64,000 nt of DNA from assembly GCF_963921235.1 (NCBI RefSeq), contig NC_086108.1:73534001-73598000 (forward strand). Direction: 5' to 3'. Every line of letters begins with the position of its first letter. The stretch's first letter is position 1. Both the position numbers and the translations under genes were made by a program. Under the pieces are notes generated by a model. That model did not search any database. It was given only the letters and a program-made list of their open reading frames with translations, and was not told the DNA's origin. The DNA comes from Mobula hypostoma. Taxonomy: Eukaryota. Shown one piece after another: positions 35,924 through 47,918 of the stretch.

Positions 35924-37470
35924 TCTCTTTAAGAAAGGAGGAAGGCAGCAGAAAGGAAATTATAGACCAGTTAGCCTGATCTCAGTAACACAAACAACAT
36001 GCTGGAGGAACTTAGCAGGTCGGGCATCATCCATGGAAATAAACAGTCAACGTTTCGGGCCGAGACCCTTCATCATGATAGTTTCTGGTCTCGGCCCGAA
36101 ACATTGACTGTTCGTTTCCACGGATGCTGCCTGACCTGCCGAGTTCCTCCAGCGTGTTGGGCATGTTGCTTTGACCCAGCATCTGCAGAGTATTTTGTGT
36201 TCTTGAGCCTGATCTCAGTGCTTGGGAAGATGTTGGAGTCAATTGTTAAGGCTGAGGTTATGGGGTAACTTGGTGACGCAAGACAAGATAGGACAAAGCC
36301 AGCCTGATTTCCTTACGAGAAAATCTTGCTTAACAAACCGGTTGGAATTCTTTGAGGAGATTACAAGTAGGATAGATAAAGGAGATGTAGTGGATGTTGT
36401 ATATTTGGACTTTCTGAAAGTCTTTGACCACACATGAAGCTGCTTACCAAGTTAAGAGCCCATGGATTTGCAGGAAAGTTACAGGCATGGTTAGAGCATT
36501 GGCTGATTGATAGGAGGCAGTGAGTGGAAATAAAAGGAGCCTTTTCTAGTTGGCTGCCAGTGACTAGTGGTGTTCCATGGGGCTTCTTAGGATTTAGTCT
36601 AGAAGAATGAACAAGAGAGTGACAAATGAAAAACAATGTTGGAAAATGCATAGTCATGCACTTTAGTAGTAGAAATAAACGTACAAACTATTAAACTATT
36701 TTCTAAACAAGGAGAAAATCCAAAAGTCTGAGATGCAAAGGGACTTGGGGTGTCCTTGCACAGGACACCCTGAAGGTTAACTTGCAGGTTGAGTCAATGG
36801 TGAGGAAGGCAAATGCAATGATGACATTCATTTCACGAGGTCTAGAATACATAAGCAGGGATGTGATGCTGAGGATTTATAAGATACTGGTGAGGCATCA
36901 CCTTGAGTACTGTGCACAGTTTTGGGCTCCTTATCTAAGAAAAGATATGCTGGCATTGGAGAGGGTTCAGAGGAGGTTCACAAGGATGATTCCAGAAATA
37001 AAAGGGTTATCATACAAGGGAAGTTTGATAGCTCTGGGTCTGTACTCACTAGAATTTAGAAGGTTAAGGGGGGATCTCATTAAAACTTTTCAAGTGTTGA
37101 AAGGCCTAGACAGAGTAGACGTGGAAAGGACATTTCCCATTGGGTGAGAGTCTAGGATGAGAGGGCACAGACTCAGGATAGAGGAGCGTCAATTTAAAAC
37201 AGAGATACAGAAAAATTTCTTTGGCCAGAGGATGGTGAGTTTGTGGAATTTGTTTCCACAGGTAACTGTGGAGATCAAGTCTTTGGGTATATTTAAGGCA
37301 AAGCTTGACAGGTTCTTGATTGGACACCACATCAAAGGTTATGGGAAGAAGGCCGGGGAGTGGGGCAGAGTGGGGCTGAGGAGGGGAAAAAAGAGCAGTC
37401 ATGATTGAATGGTGGAGCACACTTGATGGGCCAAATGGCCTAATTCTGCTCCTATATCTTATGGTCTTAT
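35924..37470 (+). mobile_element. CR1 LINE 3' portion
   Basis: LFKKGGRQQKGNYRPVSLISV, LEFFEEIT, LVRHHLEYCAQFW, 3' UTR, GGTCTTAT tail; possible TSD ATGGAGAT at 35916-23 and 37469-76. Confidence 0.92.
35987..36205. mobile_element. 219-bp foldback Penelope pseudo-LTR insertion (subfamily B)
   Basis: Two inverted pseudo-LTR termini (35987-36075 and 36087-36205), each with a partial hammerhead; perfect 14-bp TSD AGCCTGATCTCAGT at 35973-86 and 36206-19. Confidence 0.92.
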
Positions 37471-38924
37471 GGAGATGCCTGATGTATGTTATTTTTTACA
37501 CAATGTGGTAGCTGTCCAGAATGCACTGCTGGGGACACAATAGGGACATTTAAGAGACTGTTAGACAGACATACGGATGTAAGAAAAATGGAAGGTTATA
37601 CACTCTATAGGAGGAAAGGGCTGGACTGATTGTGGAATAGCGTTATGTAGGCCAGCCTAACATGGTGGGCTGAGGCACCTGTACAGTCTCAGAACTGTTC
37701 TACATTCTAAGTATTGAGGATCCCAGAGCTAATAGTAAAATTTATTTCTTAAATTTTGACAGCATCTTATTCTCCATAGCAGTATTTTTACAGTGCAAAA
37801 CACCCCAAACAGTAGTGTAACTCACAGTCCTTACTTACTCACAGAACAACCAGCATTTTCTGAACCCATGTTATTTTAAATCGCCAACTCACAAACTTCT
37901 TTCTTTGCATCTCTAGATCCATAACCTCTGACCATCTTAGGTATAACCATACTCATACAACTGCTTTGCACAGGACGGTCACACTCAGTCCTTTATCCAG
38001 CCTGCTGCTGGCCTCTGCCTCACCTCACAGTTTGCAGGGTGATCACTGCAACATCATACTCAGAGTAAAGAGACTTGAGTCTACCTTCAGTTTAGAGGAG
38101 AAGGCGGAGCAGGCAGAGGCATTCATCTAATTGCTCGCTTCCTTAAAGTGTACTGTGTCCTCATAGAGAGATCTCTGACCCCTCCTGCCACGAACCGCCT
38201 GGAGAGTCTCTCTTATTGACATGCAGAAAGTACATACCTCCTTTGGCACAGCTCTTCATCAGCCTGTCCAGGTTCATCAGGCTCCCTGCCAACAAGGATA
38301 GTGCCATCCAGGAAGAGCAGAAGAAGACACAGACCATCCTTTGCTCCAGGTTTAAACTTAGCTGAAGTCTCAGTGGACTTGGTGAGAAGGTATGGAAAGA
38401 GGAGAAGGCCTGGATTTAAAATGCCAAGTTAGAGCTAAGTGTTCTTACAGTAGATTGCATGACTTTGAATCTAGCTCCCTCCTGATGTAGATCACAGAGG
38501 AAATTTCCCACTGCAGTTCCGTATCTACAAATGTGACCTGAGCCATTTCAGTGGGTGAGGTCTGTCGGGTTGTTAGCTGATGGCATGCCTGCAGGATCAC
38601 TGACACTGCATGATGCGTTGTCACATTTCTACTCAAGAGCAACCCCGGGAATAGCCAATCAGGTACCTATACCATCAGGCTCAGTATTATAACTCACAAA
38701 CATCCATCACCCAACATGCATGGGATCGCAACAACAAGTACATTTTTATGATTGATTAAAGCAATGATAAATTTCTGCTCAATTCACTCTGGCACAGGAA
38801 TAAACCCAACACTGAGCCCAAGAAATTTGGCCTAGTTTCACCTAGCTAGATTGCCACTATTTTAACACCAAATGGCAAATGCTTAGGAGAATGATGGTAC
38901 CCAATGGCAACTCCTTTGCTTGCA

Positions 38925-39678
38925 TCTTTTGAAATAACTTTATTTCTATCTTTGATATCTCTTTTTTCTCCTTTCAAAGTCATTTTGAAGTCCCTGACCT
39001 GGAGTTACACGCTGACTTTGGTTCTTTGCGGAATTGGGCCTCATGACCGGCCGCTTTTCAATATGCCAAGGACACAGCCTGGAAGACTAGTGCACCTTCA
39101 GGGTGCCAGATTTTCGTGGCTCTGGAGACGGGCTGATTCAAGGTTGGTGCTCTTGCCTGACGTGCCGTGGGAGTACACAGAAGATCGAAAGCAGCAATCT
39201 GGCTGCTAACTGTGTGCCCAGGGACTCGAGTTCTTTGGGCACAGAGCTCGGAAAAAGCAACGCATAGACTTTTAACACCATAAATCAGCGAGTTCTTTTA
39301 TTATGTCTCCCCCCTCATTGTGAACATCTCTTTTTCCCTTATTAGGGAGAGAGAGAGCCTGTAGTATGCTGAATACCAGGTGAACAAATTGTCTTAGGGA
39401 TACTGCAAGTCTGTGTCTTTATTGATGCTTTGCTACACGCTTGAGTGCTTGGTGGGCGATGCCCATGTTTGTTTTTGCTGATGGGAGTGGTTGCTTTGCT
39501 GCTGCTTATGCATGAGGGAGGGAGTTTGGGGGGGGGGCTTTGGGGTTCTAACATATAACTGTTATTCATTCTTTGCGGCACTCCTCTGTTTTCATGGATG
39601 TTTGTGAAGAAAAAGAATTTCAGGAGGTATATTGTATACATTTCTCTGACATTAAATGTACCTATTGAAACCTATTGA
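38925..39678 (+). mobile_element. Non-coding retroelement with Rex-like 3' end
   Basis: Ends GAATTTCAGGAGGTATATTGTATACATTTCTCTGACATTAAATGTA with a (CCTATTGAAA)2 tail, similar to the Rex tail at 6600-6665. Confidence 0.55.
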
Positions 39679-39679
39679 G

Positions 39680-40900
39680 ATGCGTTGGATGACCACTTAG
39701 CAGAACACCTCTACGTAGTCTGTAAGTGTGATGTAAAGGCTCCAGTTCCCTGTTATTTTCGATCTCTATCTCACTCTCAGTCAGCACCTCTTCTACAGCA
39801 TTCTGTACTTCCCCAGAGGTGTTTCAAAGTAAGCTCAAGGAACAACAATCAAACACCAAAACAAGAGCAGATGCTGGAGTCGGAACCGAAAACAGGAGAT
39901 ACACAGTGGATCACTGAGGAGAGAGAGCAGTGGCTGGGGAGAGAAAACTAGGGAAGAAGATTTAACACACCAGATTGATTACTTTTCATCAGTTCCACTG
40001 AAAGGCCATCAAACTGAAATATTTACTCAGTTTTTCTCTCCTTGATGCTCCCTGGCCTTCTGAGCATTTCCAGCATTTTCTGTTTCAATTTTCAGGAACA
40101 ACACTTCATGTTTCATCAAAACAAACCCTCCAATGAGCTCAACAATTTCAGATAATGGTTTTGCTGCTCCATGTAGATCTGTTCTGGACATATCTTCTGT
40201 TGTTCCATCACTATCCTTTTCCATCTTGCCCCACACCCTTTGAAAAACTCTCCTGCTATCTATTCCATTACAGATATTTCAGTCTGATCTTTTCTCTCTC
40301 TCCTTTGTATAGAAAAACATAGAAACCCTACAGCACAATACAGGCCCTTCAGCCCACAATGCTGTGCTGCACATGTACTTACCTAGAAATTACCTAAGGT
40401 TACCAGTAGCCATCTATTTTTCTAAGCTCCATGTACCAATCCAGGAGTCTCTTAAAACACCCTACTGTATCCGCCTCCACCACCGTCGCCGGCAGCCCAT
40501 TCCACGCACTCACCACACTCTGAGTAAAAACCTTACCCCTGACATCTCCTCTGTACCTACCTCAAAGCACCTTAAAACTGTGCCCTCTCGTGTTAGCCAT
40601 TTCAGCCCTAGGAAAAAAACCTCTGACTATCTACATGATCAATGCCACACATCACCTTATACACCTCTGTCAGGTCACCTCTCATCCTCTCTCGCTCCAA
40701 GGAGAAAAACCCAAGGTCACTCAACCTCTTTTTAATGTCTTGAAACTTGACTGCCAGGATTTTTTTTTCCCTAGTTTTCATGGAAGTTCAGTGAACTGAA
40801 ATATTAACTGTGCTTCTCACTCCAAAGACACAACCTTACTTGCTGAACATTTCTTACATTTATTGTTTTATTGTAGATTTCCTTCATCTACAGAATTCAA
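39680..40900 (+). mobile_element. Old Penelope relics split by a CR1 3' end
   Basis: LDDHLAEHL at 39685, degenerate pseudo-LTR and hammerhead near 39995-40080 and 40750-40895. Confidence 0.6.
40309..40730 (-). mobile_element. CR1 3' end
   Basis: Antisense tail ATAGAAAAACATAGAAACC, 3' UTR, and C-terminal coding (RVVSAWNGLP). Confidence 0.88.
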
Positions 40901-41676
40901 GGATTATTTCAGACAGCTTAAATTAGTATTGCCAAAATTGAACCATATTTGAACATTGCAGTGAATCAAAGCTTAGCACGTTTCCCATCCACCTCTAAGA
41001 TGGACATTTTCCTTCAGTAGCTTGCAGCCGGCTTATAGGAGTTCTCAGAAGTCAAAGGTCATTCAGTTGTTTTTTTTTGTATTTTCACTTTTGTTGACAT
41101 TTTTTCTGAGAAATTGCGTACAATTTCACAGTAAAGCATAAATCACACAACTTATTTTTCTGATTTATTTGAAGCTGACCATCACTGAAACACCTACAAT
41201 ATTTCAGTCAGAATGGACAGAAGGAAAAACAATTGTCTTAATAATAAAGATGATTTTAAACCAAGTTTCATGAAGAATCTTACTGCAGAAAGTAAACCTA
41301 ATAAAATATAATGGTAGGGTTTCATTCTGAAACATACCAATTCTTAAATTGCAGTTTGTAATGAATAACCTTCCTTAGATCAAAGAAGGTTGAAGTCACC
41401 AACTGTATTCTACAACTGTATTGGCAGAACCTTTTCGCAGTCTCCTCCACCAGCTTCCTTCAGAGTTTTGGAAGACATGCCTGATATTCTGATTAATACA
41501 TAAAGTTCTATAACAGAATAACTCTTTGAAGACTTAACCACATACTCATTGGTCACTCCTACATTCAAATGTTTACCTTTCTCTATAAACTGTGAAGAAA
41601 TGAACTGTTAAGCAAACTACATTCCCTTGTATTTGTCAAAGTAGCCCCCACCATTTTGTCACTCTTTGTAGTCATA

Positions 41677-42224
41677 CACCCAGTGGCCACTTTATTAGGT
41701 ACATGTGTACACATGCTTGTTCATGAAAATATATAATCATCCAAACATGTGGCAGCAACTCAGTGCATGAAAACATGCAGACATGGTCAAGAGATTCCGT
41801 TGTTGTTCAGACCAAACATCAGAATGTGATTCAGATGATTTTGACAGTGAAATAATAGTTAGTGCCAGACAAGGTGATTTGAATAACTCAGAAACTGCTG
41901 ATCTGGAATTTTCACACACAAGTCTCTAGAGTTTATAGAGACTGGTGTGATAAACAAAAAAATCTAGTGATCAACACTTCTGTGGGTAAAAACTCATTGA
42001 TAATGAGAGCGTCAGTGGAGAATGGCCAGACTAGTTTAAGCTGACAGGAAGACAACAGTGATTCAGATAATCACACTTTACAACAGTGGTGTGCAGAAGA
42101 GCTTCTGAGCGTACAACACATCGAACATTGAAGTGGATGGGCTACGGTAGCAGAAACCACGAACATACACAGCGCAGCCACTTCATTAGGTACGAGGGGT
42201 ACCTGATAAAGTGGCCACTGGGTG
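41677..42224 (+). mobile_element. Tc1-derived non-autonomous element (copy 2)
   Basis: TA flanks at 41675-76 and 42225-26; TIR CACCCAGTGGCCACTTTAT / ATAAAGTGGCCACTGGGTG; Tc1 N-terminal remnant. Confidence 0.92.
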
Positions 42225-43669
42225 TATTTGCTTATAAAATTTCTCACTACAACCCTTTTGCTCTTATTAGCATTCTTCTATTATATCCCCTCTCACTCTT
42301 CCTAATCTTTCCTTTGACGTTCAAATTTCAGATACGAGGTTCAAATACCTCAGTTCTCTTTTGTAATATATTCACTCGACTTATTAACCGCCACTCTATC
42401 CCTGCATTTGATATACTATTTAATCCTCGTCAGAATGCATTTACTTTCTACTTCATATACAGTAGCAATTACATTCAAAGTCATTTTCCTGACCCTGCTC
42501 CTCTAGACCAACAAAGAGAATGCATCTAGTCAAATGGCTATGGCAGCAGAAAATAAAAAATGGAAATATTCTGAATAGCAATTTAGAAAGGAATGGAGTG
42601 TATATTTTATTTGTAATCATTTTGAAATATAACCTCAATAACATGACAAAAATGGATGCAGACCCTTCAACAGTTCTGTGGAACTACATAATTAAACAAG
42701 CTGTTTGCATAGCAGTTTAATTATAGCGAAGACTTTCTCCCTTCATGGGCTGTAAAATTTTTAAGCAGGGTCACATTGAGTTAATATGCCTGCCTGTGGT
42801 GCATGGAGATTACATTCCACATCATAAATCTGCTGCTGAGGTCTACAAACACATCAATCTGCAGATCACCAAAGTTGTGAAAGAGAGTCAATTATACCGA
42901 GCTCTCTCCAATTTATTGATTTGGCTTATAGATGCCCGTGGTTTTACAGAGTAGACCACTCTAATGTTTCCCTAAAAGACCACCTCATGAGGTCCAAAGT
43001 TGCAAGGCCAAACTTGCTGCATAGCCATTTATAAGAGAGCTTCTTCTGTTGGGTTTATGCTTGAGCTGGTATTCGTACAGTAATGTGCCAGTTGTATGGA
43101 AAGGAGATATGAAAGCATCTAAGGAACATCAAAATGAACATTTGTTAAACTATTCTGTTAGAACAAGACTATTCTTTGTGATAGCTTTCTTTTTTTTTGA
43201 AAAACAAGTAATGCAGTAGCACTCAAAAGGAAAGTATTGTAAACAAAAATAGGAAAATGGGTATTATAATGAACAATTTCTACAGGAAAAATATAGTATC
43301 TCAGCTATTCAGGAAGCAGGAACAGGGAACCTCCAAATTAGAAAAGGTGAAATAAGAGGGATGTTATTTTAATAAAAATGGTATTCGTGGGTGAGAAGTC
43401 CACCAGATTTTAATGGAAAGTGGTTCAGCGGCACTTTAAAAAAAAATTCTCAACTCACAAATATTCCTTCAAACTCCAGCATTATCTGGAAAATAGTGGT
43501 AGTTTCCCAGGTGTTACTGAAGATGATAACTGTGGGCTCAAGAGGGTATTTACCAGCTTCTGCACAATCTGGGAAATCTGTTGTGCTGCAAGAAGCTAAT
43601 TTTCATGGCATTTATATCCTGTGCGTGTACACCTATGACAATATAGTTGAATTTGAACAACCTCTAGCT

Positions 43670-44143
43670 CAGCGGTCCCCAACCACCGGGCCGCGGACTG
43701 GTGCCGGTCCGCAAGGAATGCACTACAGAGCCGCAAGGAAACGATAAGATTTGGCGATATGAGTCAGCTGCACCTTTCCTCATTCCCTGTCACATACTGT
43801 TGAACTTAAACGCACGCGAGGTCATTACCTGGGCGTCATCCATGTCAGCGCGGGAAGAAGATCAACTCCTCGGGCTTGCAAATGACGGCGGGCTGAAAAG
43901 TGTGTTTGACATAACATCTCTGCCGGCATTCTGGATCAAAGTCAAGGCTAAATATCACAGGTGCCCGCGCAAGGCTTCATGGTCATTGTAGCCTTTCTCA
44001 GGGTAAACACAACGTATTGGACTGCTACTCTTGTCCATTAGCAACCCTACCCCCCCCCCCACACCCCCCCGGGGTCGGCCAGTCTGCAAGAATATTGTCA
44101 ATATTAAACCGGTCCGCAGTGCAAAACAGGTTGGGGACCCCTG
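43670..44143 (+). mobile_element. hAT-Charlie non-autonomous element
   Basis: TIR CAGCGGTCCCCAACC / GGTTGGGGACCCCTG; 8-bp TSD CTCTAGCT/CTCTAGCC at 43662-69 and 44144-51; internal transposase remnant EEDQLLGLANDGGLKSVFDITSLPAFWIKVKAKY. Confidence 0.93.
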
Positions 44144-44639
44144 CTCTAGCCGAATAGTTATAGGGCTTGTTCCCAATTTGAACTACTGTATTCCCTTCAC
44201 TCACAATGACGGACAGTCTTCTCTCAGCACAGCAGCATATTCCTGGGCAGTCCTCATCATCCAGGTCTCTCATGCTTCCAGAGTTATTCAGTTGGTAATC
44301 CTTACCAACACACTGAAATTCTCACCTAACAACATATTTGAACTGGTGGATGGGAGGGAAGAAGGATATAAAGCAGGACATTAGAGAAGGAGGACACACA
44401 TCAGGAGATATCTAAAGATGGGTGGGTTTAGGTCCAACATTTACTTCATCATGAGCATCCACCTCAGCTTTAACGTTCATGTTTATCTCACTGGACGTAG
44501 CTATTTAACTCCTTTTGTATATCCTTACATTGATTTGTCCCTCTTCCTCTCCCTACAACCCCTACCTTCCTTATCACCCAATCCAACTGTTGCTGCAATT
44601 AATTTGCAGCATGAGAACAAACTATGGCAGGGTAGGTAG

Positions 44640-45425
44640 AACATTCCCTTGGGACTGAGAGAAAGAATCAGATCATACATTTGTAAATGGTTTGCGAACA
44701 GAGAGAAGGTGGAAGAACTCGAGGCCTGATGCCTTAGTGTCAACAAAACAAAGGAAATGGTTATCGATTTCAGGAGAACTCAACCCCTCTTTACATTGGT
44801 GGCATAGCAGTGGAAGCTGTGAGCAGTTTCAAACTCATGGGAATGCACATCTCGCAAAACCTTCATTAGTCCCAGAACACATTCTACATAATCAAGAAAG
44901 CTCATCAATGCCTCTACTTCCTGAGGAGGTTGAAGAGAGCTGGGCTATGCACATCAATGCCCATGACCTTACAGATGCACAGTAGAGAGCATCCTAACAT
45001 GCTGCATCATTGCTTGGTACGAAAACAGCATCACGGTGGACAAGAACGTTCTACAACGGGGAGTTAAAATTGCTCAATGCACCAGAACCCTACCATCAGG
45101 GAAGAGGCTACATAGCATCCACGCCAGGACCACCAGACTCAAAAACAATTATTTTCCCCAAGCAATAAGACTGATCAACACCTCTGCCCATTAACCCCAC
45201 CACCACTACTTTATTATTTCCTGTCAGTGCCATCTTGTGTACAGACACTCCTGTGCCTAACATAACTTTATTGACATACAATCAATTTATGTAAATAAGC
45301 TACCTTAAGTGTTGTGTTCTTTATCTTGTTGGGTTTTCTTGTGCTGAGTCTGATCCAGAGTAATTATTTTGTTCTCCTTTACATCTGTGTACTGGAAACG
45401 ACACTAAACAATCTTGCATCTTGAA
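44640..45425 (+). mobile_element. Rex1/Babar LINE 3' portion
   Basis: KTKEMVIDFR, VSSFKLMG, CLYFLRRLKRAG, ESILTCCIIAWY; tail AAACAATCTTGCATCTTGAA. Confidence 0.85.
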
Positions 45426-45609
45426 TACTCCAACAATGTAGTCTTCCATTTCCCAAAGAATTTATAATTAGCTGAGCCACAAAGCTCTGGGGAAACACAC
45501 TATTGTTGTAAATGCAGCATCCATCTCCATCAGGAATGTTAAAGCTAGAATATTTTCAGTGTAAAATCAAAGGAGAGGCATTTCACAGTTTTTGATGTGT
45601 GAGATATAT

Positions 45610-46480
45610 GCAGTGCCTTGACAAAGTAGTTAGGCTTCTACTCTTTGTTCACATAGATAAATATTACAACCAAGGATTTTTATCAATTTAACTGAATTTT
45701 TTTTATTTGTGAATCACATGATCATCCCCCCCCCCGCCCCACAGTAGAGCCAAAAACAAGGAAAATTGCAAAGTATGAGAAGGTAAAAATTGAAAACCTG
45801 GAATGTCAGCAGTTCAAAAGCACTCATCCCTCTTTGCTCAGTACTTGGTTGAACCACCTCTCACATCTATTACAGCCAGTAGTCTTCTTGGATAAGTCTC
45901 GATTTGCTTTGCACAACATGATGGAACAGGATTTGCCTGCTCCTCCTTGCAACATTGCTCAAGTTGTGTCAGGTTAGTTGGGGAGTGGCAGTGGACAGCA
46001 ATCTTGAGGTATTGCCAGAGGAGGTTTTAAGGTCCAGACTCTGATTCAGCCACTGAAGGACATCGATTTTCTTCATTTGAAGCCGCTCTATGATTGCTCT
46101 GGTAGTGTGCTTTGGGTTCTTGTCCTGCTGAAAGACGAACTTCCTCCACAGCTTAAGCTTTCTGGCAGAAGCCAGCAGGTTTTTATCCAGGATCTCTCTG
46201 TATTATGCAGCATTCACCTTCCCCTCAATGCTGACCAGAATTCAAGTCCCTGCTGCTGGAAAGCATCCTCACAGCTCAATGGCACCTCTGCTCCTTTACA
46301 GTAGTCATGGGGTTTACTGGCTGATGCGCGGTATTAGAGTTACACCGCACGTACTGCTTAGTGTTGAGGCTAAAATGCTCCACTTTACTCTCATCCGACC
46401 ACAAGACCTACTTCCACAACTTTACAGTAATGTTTTAAGTGATGTTTTGCAGTGTCTTTATGGGCAATGATATGCCTTTT
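45610..46480 (-). mobile_element. Tc1 transposon 3' half with DDE relic and one TIR
   Basis: TIR CAGTGCCTTGACAAAGTA at 45610; minus-strand VLWSDESKVE, GCFPAAG, FVFQQDKNPKHT, WLNQSLDL. Confidence 0.88.
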
Positions 46481-46649
46481 TTTTTAAAAGCAACACATAC
46501 ATTTCCAGTTTAAAATCTAATAATATTATGTGGAAAAAATAAAATTAGGAAAAAGATACACATTGCAAACTCTGAAGCTTTGATTTAGTCAGCAATGAAA
46601 ATGTATGGCTGCACCCTGATCTGAAATGTAATGCAAGCCAAATCCTGGC

Positions 46650-47200
46650 CCACTTGGAAGTCACCACAAGCATTTGTGGAAGTACCTGCCTGCATGCCTG
46701 TGGGATTGTTAACACTGTCGTCACTATTCTTAGAGCCTACTGCTCATCACACAAATGTTCATCACTGACGATGCCCCGTTCTGAGTACCACCAGCTTCAC
46801 AATGTTTAAAGCAACAAATTTTCAAGTCCATGAAAACAGCAGGAAGGATGTTTCCGTTTCTCCACAAACCTCCTCCTCTCTGCTGTTCTTCTTTTAGACA
46901 TGCAGTGGTGTCTCCAGTCGGTCAGTATTGATGGTATCCTTGAGGGCATTCCACCATGACCACTGATCCTTGAGCAAGGTTGGTATAGTTGATCATTGAG
47001 AAATGAGAGGGTAATGGCAACTTTCTGGAACCTGGCATCAATCTATATGATAAGGGGTGAAAACTGGACAGGAATTGAGTGGAAGCCTTATCCTATTGAT
47101 GAATGTTGCTGGCTAATGGAAGGAACTCAGGTGACATGATGTGTGGCCTCTATTAAGCCTTGATTCTGCCATTTAATAGAAATGCTGCATCTGCTCCTTC
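46650..47200 (-). pseudogene. PIF/Harbinger (HARBI1-like) transposase relic
   Basis: Minus strand, across frameshifts: IDCTHV-like (about 47131-47155), FINR..GFHSIPVQF (47060-47105), IDARF..SCH, GYH..TPL, matching the Harbinger motifs NRKGFHSINVQ and ARFPGSCHD. Confidence 0.7.
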
Positions 47201-47269
47201 AGCTCCAGCTCTTCCCCACAGCAAGTTAAATTGTTTGCCATTTTAAATAGAGAGCCAGTACCAAGCTTG

Positions 47270-47433
47270 AGGGAACAATGCACCTCATATGTTTTTTCTT
47301 TGATGGATAGCCATTCCCTAAATGCAGCACTTAAGTGTCAGCCTAGATTGTATGTTCAGTTCCCAGGAGAGGGACACAAATCCACAAGCTTCTGACTTAG
47401 AGGCAAGAGAGCTACCAACCAAGCCGTAGCTGA
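47270..47433 (-). mobile_element. Ancient tRNA-headed SINE relic, DeuSINE-like
   Basis: Minus strand TCAGCTACGGCTTGGTTGGTAGCTCTCTTGCCTCTAAGTCAGAAG..ACAATCTAGGCTGACACT; family recognised from memory. Confidence 0.55.
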
Positions 47434-47880
47434 TGTAGTTACGCCACATTTAAAACTTTAATGCTGTAGTGCAAAGAACATTAAGGTAATTTGGCATATG
47501 CTGCTTTGAATTAAGAAGACCAATATTACACCATGGCCCATGATATTTCACAGTCAATGTATACACTGGACTCAGCAAATTATCTTTTAATTTTTAATGA
47601 CATAGGTATCCTTTATAAAACTAAATTATAAAAAGTAAATTAAATGCTGTGGTGAATCCTACAGATGAAAATTTGGTCAGAGAGTGAAGGATATTTCCTG
47701 AAGGTCCCGAAGGTGCTTTGGTTCCCTCTCATTTCTAAAAAAGTCATACGGTTAGGGTTAAGGTTTGTCAGTTCCAAACATATTATAAACACAAAATATT
47801 CTGCAGATGCTGGGGTCAAAGCAACACGCAAAAAACGCTGGAGGAACTCAGCAGGTCGGGCAGCATCCGTGGAAATGAAC

Positions 47881-47918
47881 CAGTCAACGTTTCAGGCCGA
47901 GACCCTTCGTCAGGACTG
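47881..47918 (-). ncRNA. Minimal hammerhead ribozyme
   Basis: CAGTC-CTGACGA-AGGGTCTCGGCCT-GAAAC-GTT-GACTG. Confidence 0.85.

Larger units (their letters stand above)
35130..37712 (+). mobile_element. Old CR1 remnant hosting a SINE and a younger CR1
   Basis: VVGKQMQKVLRDSIYEHLEKYSLIRDSQRG, YMDFSK and C-terminal pieces at 35130-35310, 35633-35923 and 37471-37712. Confidence 0.75.

Noticed and set aside
37980..38700. GC-richer, coding-like segment
   Set aside because: No motif recognised in the frames I read; probably an ancient repeat, but I cannot support a call.
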